From positions 1-64,000 of the forward strand of contig CAZXXS010000056.1 in NCBI GenBank assembly GCA_964644845.1: DNA of 64,000 bases, in the 5' to 3' direction. Below are positions 53,533 through 64,000 of the stretch, one piece after another. Position 1 is the stretch's first letter; every line of letters starts with the position of its first letter. Origin of the DNA: an uncultured Cytophagia bacterium (GTDB lineage: Bacteria; Zhuqueibacterota; Zhuqueibacteria; Oleimicrobiales; Geothermoviventaceae). The position numbers and the translations under genes are program-made. Under the pieces are notes generated by a model. The model was given only the letters and a program-made list of their open reading frames with translations. It had not been told where the DNA came from and searched no databases.

Positions 53533-54116
53533 GCACGGTTTGTCGCTCGATGCCGGTGCACACGGAATCCAGCTACAGAGTTTAGGACAAACTCTTCCTT
53601 GTCTGCAAAAGCCAACAGATCAAACAGTGAAGCTTTTGCAGGAATTTCTGCCGCCCGGTCTAAGGGAGTTTGGACACGACGGGTGAAGTCTGCAATTCGG
53701 GCGAGTGACCGCTAAAATGTGTTGCAGGAGGCGCAAGATTCGTAGTACACGGACATCCAAGCCAGGCAGCGAGTGGTCCTGGCAGCACACACTTGCTTTT
53801 TCGGCTCCTGTGGTCGGGCCGCTGTCGGACTGGTTTGCCGGTGCGGTAGCGGCTTTGTTGTAGATGGACGAAACCGGGGCTCGTGGCTGGCCCCTCGCAC
53901 GACGGTAGAAAAGAGGCAGAGACGGCACTCGAGAATGGCCGCAATTTCAACAAACTATCTGTGGTGGTGCTCTGTTGCCAGGTGCGAAAACTTGTTACGG
54001 TCGATTAATTCCGCACTCTGCGTGCTTGAAGTCTAAATAAGTCATGCACTTGTGCGGTTACTGGTCTCCGAGATGCCGTGAGAGGCTGCTGAGCCGAAAC
54101 CACCGGGACTGATAAA

Positions 54117-54860
54117 ATGACGACGAGCGAAGCGCAGGCTTTGATTACCGACAGGACCATCGAAGCCATGGCTCGTGGCTTCTACAGGGAAGCTGCCAGC
54201 TACGGCTTCAAGCAGGTTGATTACGTGAAGTTCGCAAATGCGCTTCTCGACCTGTCCATGCGCCAGAATGGCAAGGGCGAAGCGACGCTCCGCGCTGAGA
54301 ACCCGCGGCGTACTGCTGTGCCCGGAGCAACCAGGTTACCGCTGGTTGGTGAGCGCGTGAAGATCCGCGCGTTCGAAAGGAAGGATCTCGATCTGGTCCG
54401 GCGCTGGCTGGACGACCCGCACGGCCGCTACTTCTTGCTTTCGCGCACAACCGCGCGGTCTCTGGATCCCGAAGATTTGCTCACCCGCGACGACAGTGTG
54501 GTGGGTGTCATTACGCTCCTGGATGATGCACCGATTGGTCTTCTCGCTTACCTTGACGTGGACCGTGTTCAACGAAAAGCCGAGTTGCGCAAGCTGATCG
54601 GTGAACCGGCGCATCGGGGCAAGGGCCTGGCTCACGAGGCAACGCGGCTGTGGATCGATTACGGTCTCACATCTTTGCACCTGCGCAAGATCTACGTGAA
54701 TACCTTAGACACGAACATCCGCAACATCAAGCTGAACAGAGACCTGGGTTTCAAGGTTGAGGGGCTCCTGAGGGACGAATGTTTCTTTGATGGTCAGTAC
54801 CACGACATCATCCGAATGGCCCTCTGGGCAGACGAGGTTGGGGATCGGGGAGAAGCTTGA
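54117..54860 (+). CDS. GNAT-family N-acetyltransferase with about 85-aa N-terminal extension
   Basis: The C-terminal 160 aa carry a GNAT fold (VKIRAFERKDLDLVRRWL... with an acetyl-CoA-binding R/Q-x-x-G-x-G/A-like segment HRGKGLAHEA). It lies directly upstream of the megasynthase. Confidence 0.7.
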   Translation: MTTSEAQALITDRTIEAMARGFYREAASYGFKQVDYVKFANALLDLSMRQNGKGEATLRAENPRRTAVPGATRLPLVGERVKIRAFERKDLDLVRRWLDDPHGRYFLLSRTTARSLDPEDLLTRDDSVVGVITLLDDAPIGLLAYLDVDRVQRKAELRKLIGEPAHRGKGLAHEATRLWIDYGLTSLHLRKIYVNTLDTNIRNIKLNRDLGFKVEGLLRDECFFDGQYHDIIRMALWADEVGDRGEA

Positions 54861-55049
54861 TGGGGTGACGAATGGCCAAGCCAGATTGCTGACCGCGGTT
54901 TGTGCGCTGGGAGGCTGGGGCCGCAGACGGGGCGGGCCTTTTCGAGGTTCTTTGTAAAGCGGTCCAGTGCGGGTTGGGCGACCGCTTGAGTAGCGAAGGA
55001 CTGGCTGCAAACGACGGCGGCGGAAAACAACACGATGGAAGGTAGCCGG

Positions 55050-56760
55050 ATGAAACAAGCCAACGTTCGCACTCTGGTCGATTTGCTTCGCTGGAGAGCG
55101 GAGTCGCAGGGGGAGCATACGGCCTACATTTTTTTGCCCGACGGCGAGACTGAGGGCGAGCATGCCACATTCGCCCAGCTGGACGCTCAGGCGCGCCGGA
55201 TTGCCGTCGGTCTACGGCGACTCGGCCTGAGCGGCGAACGCGCCGTCTTGCTGTACCCCCCGGGACCGACCTACGTGGCTGCTTTTTTCGGCTGTCTGTA
55301 TGCGGGTGTGGTGGCTGTACCTGCCTACCCGCCGCGGAACAACCGCGGTCTGCCGCGCATCAAGTCGATCATTGAAGATTCCGGCGCTGCCATCGCCATG
55401 ACCTCCAGCGGCGTTGTGTCCCGCATGCGAAAGATGTTCGACACTCTGCCCGAGCTGGCTGTGACAGAGCTTTTCGTGTCTGACGAACTCGAAGAAGGGC
55501 TGGAGGAGGAGTGGGTCCCGCCGGAGATCGACGAAAACAGTCTTGCTTTTTTGCAGTACACCTCTGGCTCCACCGGAGCGCCGAAGGGTGTGATGCTGTC
55601 CCACGCCAACTTGCTGCACAACTCGGCGCTGATCCAGGAAGCGTTCGGGACGAGTGCCGACGATGTCGGTGTGATCTGGCTTCCGCCGTACCACGACATG
55701 GGCCTGATCGGCGGACTCCTGCATGTGGTGTACACAGGGGCCAGATGTGTGCTGATGCCTCCAGCAGCTTTCCTGCAGCGGCCAATGCGCTGGTTGGAAG
55801 CCATTTCCAACTACAGGGGCACCGTCAGTGGAGGACCCAACTTCGCGTACGAACTCGTGGCCAAGAAGGCTACGCAGGAAGAGATCGAAAAGCTTGACCT
55901 GAGCTCCTGGAAGGTCGCGTTCAACGGTGCGGAACCCGTGCGCGCCGAAACGCTGGAGTTTTTCAGCGAGAAGTTCAAGCCAGCTGGGTTTGATCCCGCG
56001 GCACACTACCCGGTGTACGGTCTTGCGGAAGCAACCCTAATCGTCACGGGAGGCGTGCAGGGCGACGGGGCAAAGGTCGTGGCGTTCGACAAGAAAGGGC
56101 TTGAGCAGCGGCGTGCAGTGGAAGCTTCCGACGAAGCAACGAGCAGAGAACTGGTCGGCTGCGGAGGAGCCCTCGGTGGCCAACGACTGGCGATCGTAGA
56201 CCCAGAGACTGGACGAGAATGCGGTCCTGGAGAGATCGGTGAGGTTTGGGTCCGCGGACCGAGTGTAGCCCAGGGGTACTGGGAACGTCCCGAGGAAACG
56301 GAGCGGACGTTTGGTGGCCGGATTGCAGAAACGGGTGAAGGTCCGTTCCTGCGCACGGGCGATCTGGGTTTTCTGCACGGTGGCCAACTTTTCATTGCGG
56401 GCAGGATCAAGGACCTGATCATCATTCGCGGCGTGAACTACTACCCGCAGGACCTGGAACTTACCTCGGAGCGCAGCCACCCGGCGCTGCGCGTCGGGAG
56501 CGCCGCCGCTTTTGCCATTGAGGTGGAGGGCGAAGAACAGCTGGTTGTCGCACAGGAGCTGGAATTTCGCCAGAAACCCGACGTGGCCGAAGTCACCGCG
56601 GCCATCCGGGAAGCCATCGTTGACGAACACGGGATTCTGCCGTACGCCGTTGTGCTCGTAAAGCCAGGGCGCATTCCCAAGACCTCAAGCGGCAAGATCC
56701 AGCGCTACGCCACCCGTCAGAAGTACCTGGAGGGAACACTGGAGACCGTGGGCGAGTGGC
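55050..56760 (+). other. Domain: fatty acyl-AMP ligase (FAAL) starter adenylation domain
   Basis: Adenylate-forming motifs are [11 protein letters not shown], an Asp-rich linker and [13 protein letters not shown]. Its position ahead of an ACP and a KS is the typical FAAL context. Confidence 0.7.
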
Positions 56761-59700
56761 GTGCCGACCAAGAACCCCGCGATGAGCCTGTCCCGCCGCG
56801 TGGCGAAGTGAGACCGGAAGAACCTGCGGAGAAAGCGCCCGTTCCCGCGCGGACGAAGGCGGAAATCGAAGCCTGGCTGGTTGAGCAGCTCTCTAAGCGG
56901 CTTAAGGTCCCGGCTAAACAGATCAACAGGAAAGAGCCGTTCGCCAGGTACGGGCTGGATTCGGTGCAGGCGATCGGTCTGGCGGGTGACCTGGAGGCCT
57001 GGTTGGGTCGACCGCTTTCCCCAACTCTGGCTTACGACTACCCGAATATCGAAGCTCTTGCAGCGTACCTGAGTGGCGAAGAAGCCAGTCCGACGGAAGC
57101 CTCATCCGAGGCCCCCTTGGAGAACGAACCCATTGCCGTTGTGGGCCTCAGCTGTCGTTTCCCGGGCGCGCCAAACGCCGACGCTTTCTGGAAGCTGCTG
57201 CGGGACGGTGTCGACGCGATTCGCGAGGTCCCGGCAGACCGCTGGGACGTGGATGAACTCTACGATCCGGATCCGGACGCGCCGGGCAAGATGATCACCC
57301 GCTGGGGTGGGTTCATCGACGACGTGGACAAATTCGACGCGTCCTTTTTCGGAATTTCACCACGCGAAGCAACGGAAATGGATCCGCAGCAACGACTGCT
57401 TCTCGAGGTGGCCTGGGAGGCCCTGGAGGCGGCCGGTGTGAATCCGGAAGAAGTGCGTGGCAGCCGGACCGGTGTCTTCGTGGGGGTAAGCAGTAACGAC
57501 TACAGCGTCATCCAGCACGGGGATTTGGAAAACGTAAGTGCCTACACGGGGACGGGAAACGCCTTCAGCATTGCCGCGAACCGCCTTTCGTACATGTTGG
57601 ACTTACGGGGTCCCAGCATGGCCATCGACACGGCGTGTTCGTCGTCGCTGGTCACGGTTCACCTGGCTACGCGCAGTTTGCGCGCTCACGAGACCGATCT
57701 GGCGATCGTCGGCGGTGTGAACCTGATGCTCTCTCCGGAGCTCACGGTTGCGTTGTCCCACGCTCGAATGATGTCGCCCGAGGGGCGCTGCAAAACGTTC
57801 GACGCGTCGGCCGACGGGTACGTGCGCGGCGAAGGCGTCGGTGTTGTGGTCTTGAAGCGTCTCTCAGATGCGGTGCGTGACAACGACAACATCCTGGCGG
57901 TCATCCGGGGGTCCGCTGTGAACCAGGATGGCCGCAGTAACGGACTTACCGCTCCCAACGGAGTGGCTCAGCAGGAGGTGATCCGCGCCGCACTGGCCGA
58001 CGCGCGTGTACAGCCTGAGGACGTGGACTACGTTGAGACGCACGGTACGGGCACGATTTTAGGCGACCCAATCGAGGTAAAATCGCTGGCCGAGGTGATG
58101 AAGGATCGGCCGAAAGAGAAACCATGCCTCATTGGCTCCGTTAAGACGAACATCGGGCATCTGGAAGCTGCAGCCGGAATCGCGGGTCTGATCAAGGTGG
58201 TGCTTTCCCTGCACCACGGCGAGATCCCGCCCCATTTGCATTTCAAACAAATCAATCCTCACATCCCGATTGATGAACTGCCGTTTGAAATCCCGACCAA
58301 GCGGCGTTCTTGGAAGACGAACGGTAAACCACGCCTGGCTGGAGTGAGCTCGTTTGGTTTTGGTGGTACGAACGCACACGTGGTTCTGGAGGAGGCTCCG
58401 AAGCGAGCACTTCCACCAAATGACCCAGAGCGTCCGCTGCACGTGCTCACCGCGTCGGCCAGGGATCCCGAGACCTTGCGAGAATTGGCCGGTCGGCTGG
58501 GTCGGTTCGCGGCCGAGCGTGAGGACGTGGCTCTGGCCGACATGGCGTACACGCTCAACACCGGTCGCGGTCATTTTGAGCAGCGCCTTGCCTTACGGGT
58601 TCGTGACAGGGAGCAAGTGGCGCAGGCGCTTCTGGATTTCGAGGCCGGGAAAGTAGCACCGGACGTGCGGGTGGGTAGTGTTTCCGGGAGTGCAGAGTCT
58701 CGGGTGGCTTTTCTGTTCACGGGCCAGGGTGCACAGTACGTCGGGATGGGCCGGGAGCTGTACGAGACGCAGCCAACGTTCAAGCGGGCGCTGGACCGCT
58801 GCAATGAGATCCTGGCGGACAAACTTGGCCAGCCTCTTCTTTCCGTGATTTTTGGGGAAACGGACGCCGGGGCGCTGCTCGACGAAACGGCATACACCCA
58901 GCCGGCGCTGTTCGCGATTGAGTACGGTTTGCTGGAGCTCTGGCGTTCCTGGGGGGTAGAACCCGAGTACGTGACAGGACACTCCATCGGCGAGTACGTT
59001 GCCGCCTTGGCAGCAGGGGTTTTCGACCTTGAGGACGCCCTGACACTCGTTTACCACCGGGGCCGGTTGATGCAGTCGCTGCCCAAAGACGGCGAAATGG
59101 CGGCTGTTTTTGCTGAGCTTGAGCTTGTCAAGGAGGTGTTGCGGCCTTACGCCGACGAGGTGGCTGTAGCTGGAGCGAACGGCCCGAGCAACACGGTGAT
59201 TTCGGGGCGGAAAGAAGTTGTCGAGGAGGTGCTGAAGCGTTTTGAAGCCCAAGGCGTCGAATTCCGGCGGCTGAGAGTGTCACACGCTTTTCACTCGCCG
59301 CTGATGGAGCCCATCCTGGACGAATTCGAACAGGTTGCTTCGGAGGTTCAGTACCGTCCGCCGCAGATCGGTTTGATCTCGAACGTGACGGGCAGATTGT
59401 TCGGCGATGGCGAGATCCCGAATGCGCGCTATTGGAGGCAGCACATTCGTCAGGCTGTTTTGTTTCACCCCGGAATGCAGGAACTGGCGAACCTGGGCTG
59501 CAACGTCTTCGTGGAACTGGGCCCGCACCCGACACTGATCGGGATGGCTCGACGTAGCCTGACCAATTTGGACGCGGTTTGGGTCGCCTCGCTAAACCGC
59601 AAGCAAAAGGACTGGGAGGTTCTGACCGACAGTTTGGCCCAGCTGTACGTGCGCGGTGTGGGGCTGGACTGGAAGGGATTCGACCGTGACTACCAACGGC

Positions 59701-62700
59701 GAAAGGTTCAGCTGCCGACTTACCCGTTTCGGCGACAGCGCTACTGGGTGGAGAGTGGACGTTCTCGGCGTACCGTGACGGCCGGGCAGGCAACGGGACA
59801 CCCACTGCTCGGCAAGCGCCAGGTGCCGCCTTTCGGAACCGGCATTTTCGCCACGGAGCTGGATGGCCAAAAGCTGCCCGTGTTGGCTCGGTTCCGCGTG
59901 GGCGACACTGCGGTTTTGCCCGCGTCAATCTACGCCGAGTTGGCTTTGGCAGGGACGGCCAGGCTTCTTCAGTCCGGGGAAAATCTGGAACTTTCCAGCC
60001 TTCGATTGCCGGAGGAGATCCAGCGGTTCGACCGCGGACGGATCGAGCTGATCACGACCGTTTCGTCGCTGGCTCAGGACGCCTACCAAGTGGAATTTTC
60101 GGCGCGGGGGGCTCCCGACAACGGTGGCGACGAGTGGGTGGTAGTGGCTGGCGCCACAGTCCGGAAGTTGCGCGCCAGGAGAAGGAATCGCGGCGAGCTC
60201 TCGCTGAAACGGCTCAAGGACAGACTCTCGCAGCGCGTTGCGGGCGCGGACGTGTACGCGAAGTTGAGCGACACGGGCGTGAACGTTGACGGGCCAGCGC
60301 GTCTGCTGGTGGAGCTTTGGGCCGGAAAGGCGGAGGCGCTTGGCAAACTGGCTCTTCCGCCTGAGATCGTTTCAGAAACGAATTCCTACGTTTTGCACCC
60401 TGTCGTCCTTGAGGCTTTGACGCACGTCTTCCTGCTGGCTGTGGGGTCGTTGACCAGCGCGCCGCACCGTGTCAGTGTGATCGAGGGGCTGCGGATTGTA
60501 AGCGAGATCCCCGAAAGACTGTACGCTTTCGCTTCCGTCAGCCCCGTAAACGGTTCTTTCGAAGGCATGGTGCAGGTGGTCGACGAGACCGGGCGCACGG
60601 TTCTGGAAGTGGACCGGCTGGGGGCGGAGCCGCTCACCGAGCAGGCACTCAAAACCCTCGCGGCTGCGGAGAAGTTGGTGGAGGCCGGGCCAGAAGCGGC
60701 GGAGCTGGATCGGCAAGCGCTACTGCAAAAAACGGCCACGGAAAGGCGCGAAGCGCTTCGTGGTTATTTGAGGAGTCGCCTGGCCTCGGTGTTGCGGTTG
60801 GCACCGGAACAGGTCGACGTCGACAAGCCAGTAACGACCTTTGGTCTTGACTCGATCATGGCCATCGAGTTGAAGGCCAGCGTGGACAGGGCTCTTGGTG
60901 TGCGTCTGCCGGTCGCTTCGCTAATCGAGGGCAAATCCATTTCTGAACTGGCGTCGGAGCTTGCGGATCTCCTGGAAGAAACGGCTTCTCCTTCCTCCGT
61001 CGCCGTTCGAGGTGAGGAGCAGGCCACTGGCGAATTTCCGCTCTCTTACGGACAGAAAGCCATGTGGGTGCAGCACCAGGTGTCGCCGGACAGCATTTTC
61101 AATCCCGTGTACGCGGTGCGCATCCCGGCCGAAATTGATGTGGCGCGTTTGCGGGACGCGTTTGCAGCGGTTGTGGAACGCCACCAGATGCTGCGTACCC
61201 GCTTCGAAGCTCGCGCCGGTGAGCCCGTTCAGATCATCGAGCCGAGCGGAAGGGTGGCGTTTGAGCACGAGCAGCTTCCCCCCGGCGACGAAGAGGCACT
61301 GCGGTCGCGGTTGTTGGAAGAGGCTCACAGGGGTTTTGATCTCGAAAAGGGGCCGCTGTTTCGCGTGCACCTTTTCTCCCGCGGTCCAAAGGAGCACACG
61401 CTTCTGCTGGCAGCGCACCACATTGTTGTGGATCTCTGGTCCCTTGCGGTGATCACCGACGAGGTCGGTCGGTTGTACGGGGCGCCGGACGGGGCAGGAA
61501 TTCTGCCACCCCTCGAGGCGCAGTACGTGGACTACATTCGTTGGCACCGCGAGCTACTGGGGGGAGTGGAGGGCGAGAAGCTGTGGTTGTACTGGCAGGA
61601 GCGTCTGGCAGGCGACATTCCACTGCTGGACTTGCCTACGGATTTCCCGCGTCCGCGGGTGCAGACGTTCAACGGAGCGGTGGAGACGGTCGGACTTGGC
61701 CGCGACCTGACTCGTCAGCTGAAGAAGCTGAGCGACGAGCACGGTGTAACGCTGTTCATGACGCTTTTGGCGGCCTACAAGGTGCTGCTGCACCGGTACA
61801 CGGGGCAAGAGGATCTTGTCGTCGGTACACCGAGCACAGGGCGTACGCGTCCTGAGTTTGCAGGCACGGTCGGTTACTTTGTCAACCCTGTGGCGCTTCG
61901 GAGCGAGGTAACCGACACTGCGCGGTTCGTGGACTTGATGCAAGAGCTCAAGCACGTGGTGGCAGGCGCGCTTGAGCACCAGGACTACCCAATTGCCCTG
62001 CTGGTGGAGAAGTTGGCGCCCAATCGTGACGCAGGCCGCACGCCGTTGTTCCAGACGATGTTCATCCTTCAGCGAGCGCACCTGCTGTACGACCAGGGGT
62101 TGTCTTCGTTTGCGCTGGGCACGTCCGGCGTAAAGATGCAACTCGGCGAGATTCCCCTGGAATCGGTCTCCGTTGAGCAACGAATTGCGCCTTTTGACCT
62201 GACGCTGATGACTGCGGAGGTAGGGGAGGAGCTCGGTGCTTCGCTAACGTACAACACGGACCTCTTCACGCGGGCGACCGTGAGGCGGATGCTGGGTCAC
62301 TACCGTCGGCTCCTGGAAGCGGCGGTCGAGAACCCGCGTTGGCGTGTCGGCGCCATGCCCATGCTCACTGACGACGAGAAGGCGCTTGTGCAGGGCTGGG
62401 CGACACCGCGCGTTGAAAAGACCGGGGGGTTCAGACCGGTGCACGAGCTTTTCTCCGAGCGGGCGAAAACTCACCCGGACAGGCTGGCGGTCGTGTCGAG
62501 AAAAGGTGAATTGACGTACGCTGAGCTGGATGCAAAGGCCAACCGCCTGGCCCGTTACCTGGAGGAGCGTGGCGTTGGTCCGGAAAAAATCGTCGGGATC
62601 GCTCTGGAGCGCTCGGTAGAGACCGTGGTGGCTGTTCTGGCGGTGCTGAAGGCCGGCGCGGCTTACTTGCCTCTGGACCCATCGTACCCATCTGAGCGGC

Positions 62701-64000
62701 TCCGCTACATGCTGGAGGATGCCGGCGTCGACTTGTTGATCACCGAGGAACGCTTGCTGGGACGTCTCCCGGCGTTCAGCGGCGCGGTTGTTCGCCTGGA
62801 CAGCGATTGGCCCGAAATCGCTTTGCTGCCTGACGCCGATCTTGTGACCGCGGTGCACCCCAGAAACCTCGCGTACGTGATCTACACTTCAGGTTCCACG
62901 GGAAGGCCCAAGGGAGTGATGCTGGAGCACCGCGGCCTGAGCAACACGATTGACGTTCACCGGGAACGCTACGAGATCTTCGACGAAAGCCGAGTGCTCC
63001 AGTTCGCGTCGTTCAGTTTCGACGCGTCTGTTTCGGAAATCTTCACGGCCCTGACCTCGGGGTCGACGCTCTACGTGGCGGACGGCGACATGCTGCTCAG
63101 CAGCCGCGACTTGCTGGACGCCCTGCGTAACTGGCGGATCACCAACGTGACGTTGCCGCCGTCAGTCCTCGCAGTCTTGCCGCAGCAAGATCTGCCGGAT
63201 CTCCGCGTGGTGGTTTCCGCGGGTGAGGCCTGTCCACCGGACGTGGCGGAGCGCTGGAGTAAGGGCCGGAAATTCATCAACGCGTACGGACCAACGGAAG
63301 CGACGATTGGGGTCACCGTGTTTGACTGGGATGGCCGGTCCGGTCTCGCGAACCTGCCAATCGGCAAGCCAACGAGGGGTTCGCGGATCTACATCTTGAG
63401 CCCCTCTTTGGAACCGGTTCCTGCGATGGTTCCGGGCGAGATTTACATCGGTGGCGTAGGCGTTGCACGGGGTTACCTTGGACGGCCGGAGCTCACCGCT
63501 GAGAAATTCATTCCGGATGCTTTTTCCGGTGAAGAGGGAGCTCGGCTCTACCGGACTGGCGACCTGGCGCGTTTCCTGCCCGACGGAAACATCGAATTCA
63601 TCGGCCGGGTGGACCACCAGGTGAAAGTGCGCGGGTTCCGGATTGAACTCGGCGAAGTGGAAGCGGCCATGGCTGCAGAGCCAGAGGTGGCAGAGGCGAT
63701 TGCCCTTGCACTCGACGACGGTTCGGGCGGGAAGCGTTTGGTTGGCTTTGTTGTCCCCGAAAACGGAGGCGAAGTTCAGGGGCCAGAGCTTCGAGCCCGG
63801 TTGCAGAAGTTGCTCCCCGACTACATGGTGCCTGCGTCGATTCTGGTGCTCGACGCTTTCCCGCTGACGCCCAACGGCAAAGTGGATCGCAAGGCCCTGG
63901 CACGGCTCGCAAAAGAGCAGACTGTGCTACGCACCGAATTTGTGGACGCGAAATCGGAAGTCGAGAAGCAAATTGCGGCCATTTGGCGGGAGGTGCTGAG
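55050..64000 (+). CDS. Hybrid PKS-NRPS megasynthase, 5' part: FAAL-ACP-KS-AT-DH(like)-ACP-C-A-(PCP...); continues beyond the window
   Basis: A single reading frame is open from the ATG at 55050 to the window end; GGAAGG lies 8 nt upstream and an alternative ATG is at 55035. It encodes a fatty-acyl-AMP ligase (FAAL)-initiated hybrid polyketide/non-ribosomal-peptide synthetase with, in order, an acyl-carrier protein (ACP), a ketosynthase (KS), an acyltransferase (AT), a dehydratase (DH)-like domain, a second ACP, a condensation (C) domain, an adenylation (A) domain and the start of a peptidyl-carrier protein (PCP) in the last 40 nt. Domain motifs are listed in the individual sub-features. Confidence 0.9.
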   Translation, partial: MKQANVRTLVDLLRWRAESQGEHTAYIFLPDGETEGEHATFAQLDAQARRIAVGLRRLGLSGERAVLLYPPGPTYVAAFFGCLYAGVVAVPAYPPRNNRGLPRIKSIIEDSGAAIAMTSSGVVSRMRKMFDTLPELAVTELFVSDELEEGLEEEWVPPEIDENSLAFLQYTSGSTGAPKGVMLSHANLLHNSALIQEAFGTSADDVGVIWLPPYHDMGLIGGLLHVVYTGARCVLMPPAAFLQRPMRWLEAISNYRGTVSGGPNFAYELVAKKATQEEIEKLDLSSWKVAFNGAEPVRAETLEFFSEKFKPAGFDPAAHYPVYGLAEATLIVTGGVQGDGAKVVAFDKKGLEQRRAVEASDEATSRELVGCGGALGGQRLAIVDPETGRECGPGEIGEVWVRGPSVAQGYWERPEETERTFGGRIAETGEGPFLRTGDLGFLHGGQLFIAGRIKDLIIIRGVNYYPQDLELTSERSHPALRVGSAAAFAIEVEGEEQLVVAQELEFRQKPDVAEVTAAIREAIVDEHGILPYAVVLVKPGRIPKTSSGKIQRYATRQKYLEGTLETVGEWRADQEPRDEPVPPRGEVRPEEPAEKAPVPARTKAEIEAWLVEQLSKRLKVPAKQINRKEPFARYGLDSVQAIGLAGDLEAWLGRPLSPTLAYDYPNIEALAAYLSGEEASPTEASSEAPLENEPIAVVGLSCRFPGAPNADAFWKLLRDGVDAIREVPADRWDVDELYDPDPDAPGKMITRWGGFIDDVDKFDASFFGISPREATEMDPQQRLLLEVAWEALEAAGVNPEEVRGSRTGVFVGVSSNDYSVIQHGDLENVSAYTGTGNAFSIAANRLSYMLDLRGPSMAIDTACSSSLVTVHLATRSLRAHETDLAIVGGVNLMLSPELTVALSHARMMSPEGRCKTFDASADGYVRGEGVGVVVLKRLSDAVRDNDNILAVIRGSAVNQDGRSNGLTAPNGVAQQEVIRAALADARVQPEDVDYVETHGTGTILGDPIEVKSLAEVMKDRPKEKPCLIGSVKTNIGHLEAAAGIAGLIKVVLSLHHGEIPPHLHFKQINPHIPIDELPFEIPTKRRSWKTNGKPRLAGVSSFGFGGTNAHVVLEEAPKRALPPNDPERPLHVLTASARDPETLRELAGRLGRFAAEREDVALADMAYTLNTGRGHFEQRLALRVRDREQVAQALLDFEAGKVAPDVRVGSVSGSAESRVAFLFTGQGAQYVGMGRELYETQPTFKRALDRCNEILADKLGQPLLSVIFGETDAGALLDETAYTQPALFAIEYGLLELWRSWGVEPEYVTGHSIGEYVAALAAGVFDLEDALTLVYHRGRLMQSLPKDGEMAAVFAELELVKEVLRPYADEVAVAGANGPSNTVISGRKEVVEEVLKRFEAQGVEFRRLRVSHAFHSPLMEPILDEFEQVASEVQYRPPQIGLISNVTGRLFGDGEIPNARYWRQHIRQAVLFHPGMQELANLGCNVFVELGPHPTLIGMARRSLTNLDAVWVASLNRKQKDWEVLTDSLAQLYVRGVGLDWKGFDRDYQRRKVQLPTYPFRRQRYWVESGRSRRTVTAGQATGHPLLGKRQVPPFGTGIFATELDGQKLPVLARFRVGDTAVLPASIYAELALAGTARLLQSGENLELSSLRLPEEIQRFDRGRIELITTVSSLAQDAYQVEFSARGAPDNGGDEWVVVAGATVRKLRARRRNRGELSLKRLKDRLSQRVAGADVYAKLSDTGVNVDGPARLLVELWAGKAEALGKLALPPEIVSETNSYVLHPVVLEALTHVFLLAVGSLTSAPHRVSVIEGLRIVSEIPERLYAFASVSPVNGSFEGMVQVVDETGRTVLEVDRLGAEPLTEQALKTLAAAEKLVEAGPEAAELDRQALLQKTATERREALRGYLRSRLASVLRLAPEQVDVDKPVTTFGLDSIMAIELKASVDRALGVRLPVASLIEGKSISELASELADLLEETASPSSVAVRGEEQATGEFPLSYGQKAMWVQHQVSPDSIFNPVYAVRIPAEIDVARLRDAFAAVVERHQMLRTRFEARAGEPVQIIEPSGRVAFEHEQLPPGDEEALRSRLLEEAHRGFDLEKGPLFRVHLFSRGPKEHTLLLAAHHIVVDLWSLAVITDEVGRLYGAPDGAGILPPLEAQYVDYIRWHRELLGGVEGEKLWLYWQERLAGDIPLLDLPTDFPRPRVQTFNGAVETVGLGRDLTRQLKKLSDEHGVTLFMTLLAAYKVLLHRYTGQEDLVVGTPSTGRTRPEFAGTVGYFVNPVALRSEVTDTARFVDLMQELKHVVAGALEHQDYPIALLVEKLAPNRDAGRTPLFQTMFILQRAHLLYDQGLSSFALGTSGVKMQLGEIPLESVSVEQRIAPFDLTLMTAEVGEELGASLTYNTDLFTRATVRRMLGHYRRLLEAAVENPRWRVGAMPMLTDDEKALVQGWATPRVEKTGGFRPVHELFSERAKTHPDRLAVVSRKGELTYAELDAKANRLARYLEERGVGPEKIVGIALERSVETVVAVLAVLKAGAAYLPLDPSYPSERLRYMLEDAGVDLLITEERLLGRLPAFSGAVVRLDSDWPEIALLPDADLVTAVHPRNLAYVIYTSGSTGRPKGVMLEHRGLSNTIDVHRERYEIFDESRVLQFASFSFDASVSEIFTALTSGSTLYVADGDMLLSSRDLLDALRNWRITNVTLPPSVLAVLPQQDLPDLRVVVSAGEACPPDVAERWSKGRKFINAYGPTEATIGVTVFDWDGRSGLANLPIGKPTRGSRIYILSPSLEPVPAMVPGEIYIGGVGVARGYLGRPELTAEKFIPDAFSGEEGARLYRTGDLARFLPDGNIEFIGRVDHQVKVRGFRIELGEVEAAMAAEPEVAEAIALALDDGSGGKRLVGFVVPENGGEVQGPELRARLQKLLPDYMVPASILVLDAFPLTPNGKVDRKALARLAKEQTVLRTEFVDAKSEVEKQIAAIWREVL
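57120..59700 (+). other. Domains: ketosynthase (57120-58400) and malonyl-specific acyltransferase (58690-59700)
   Basis: KS: DTACSSSL / HGTGT / [12 protein letters not shown]: [20 protein letters not shown] and HAFHSPLM (the HAFH malonyl signature). Confidence 0.8.
59780..60650 (+). other. Domain: PKS dehydratase-like (HPLLG ... [11 protein letters not shown]) with no ketoreductase in the module
   Basis: The N-terminal HxxxGxxxxP motif is intact ([11 protein letters not shown]). The second motif has Glu where the canonical Asp sits (EALTH versus DxxxQ/H). No Rossmann/KR motif lies between the AT and the ACP. Confidence 0.55.
61030..63950 (+). other. Domains: NRPS condensation (61030-62350) and adenylation (62420-63950)
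   Basis: The C domain has HHIVVDLWS, a HHxxxDG variant. The A domain has A3 [12 protein letters not shown]4 FDASVSE, A5 [10 protein letters not shown]7 YRTGDLAR and A8 [20 protein letters not shown]. Confidence 0.8.

Noticed and set aside
55212-56630. 264-aa and 197-aa minus-strand ORFs in the PKS-NRPS region
   Set aside because: Antisense shadows of the FAAL domain coding sequence.
1-64000. Search for CRISPR arrays, rRNA, IS elements and integrases
   Set aside because: I saw no regularly spaced direct repeats, no 16S/23S/5S-like segments, no transposase or integrase motifs (DDE, tyrosine recombinase R-H-R-Y) and no terminal inverted repeats flanking any block.
1-64000. Scan for sigma-54 promoters (TGGCAC-N5-TTGCW) prompted by the NtrC-type regulator
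   Set aside because: Several TGGCAC hexamers occur (e.g. near 23311, 23438, 41367, 37381) but none has a TTGC element at the correct spacing.

Overview
This is a 64-kb window of high-GC (about 60-65%) bacterial chromosome, densely coded on both strands. Shine-Dalgarno-like sites (GGGAGG/AGGAGG) sit 7-10 nt upstream of many start codons. A Type IX secretion system (T9SS) C-terminal sorting domain, a TonB-dependent receptor with no SusD partner, and Tat/Sec signal peptides point to a non-Bacteroidia member of the Fibrobacteres-Chlorobi-Bacteroidetes (FCB) superphylum (Rhodothermia-, Gemmatimonadota- or Ignavibacteriota-like). That placement is an inference. 

Content, in order:
- **534-12260:** a glycan and amino-sugar catabolic block. 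It holds an S51 peptidase and an N-acylglucosamine 2-epimerase (AGE)-type epimerase joined by an ATGA overlap, a GT2 glycosyltransferase, a ceramidase-like hydrolase, a sodium:solute symporter (SSS)-family symporter, a Tat-exported GHL10 (PF02638) hydrolase-like protein, and a long NagB-type GlcN6P deaminase fused to a LmbE-like domain.
- **12906-19562:** an SPFH/flotillin-like membrane protein followed 7 nt later by a 1887-aa ORF. That ORF has two class-I aminotransferase-like domains (the N-terminal one degenerate, the central one with intact PLP-binding motifs) and a C-terminal domain clearly related to phosphoenolpyruvate carboxylase (PEPC). I do not know of this architecture and consider it the most unusual thing in the window.
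- **19693-25872:** a GntP permease, a HAD hydrolase, two aldo/keto reductases (one Tat-exported with a Cys-rich C-terminus) and a small secreted unknown.
- **26090-29392:** a tricorn-like S41 protease.
- **30676-48559:** a second glycan block. It holds a TonB-dependent receptor, a T9SS-secreted beta-helix protein, a cytoplasmic GHL10 paralogue, a DUF4838/GH20-like protein, a GH29 fucosidase, a POT peptide transporter, a GH38 alpha-mannosidase and a metallophosphoesterase-PQQ propeller fusion.
- **49394-50743:** an orphan sigma-54-dependent response regulator.
- **50744-54116:** a 3.4-kb stretch with no convincing protein-coding ORF.
- **54117-64000:** a GNAT acetyltransferase and the 5' part (more than 2980 aa) of a fatty-acyl-AMP-ligase-initiated hybrid PKS-NRPS megasynthase that runs off the window end.

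No rRNA, tRNA, CRISPR array or transposase was recognised. All boundaries were read by eye from the sequence and may be off by a few nucleotides.
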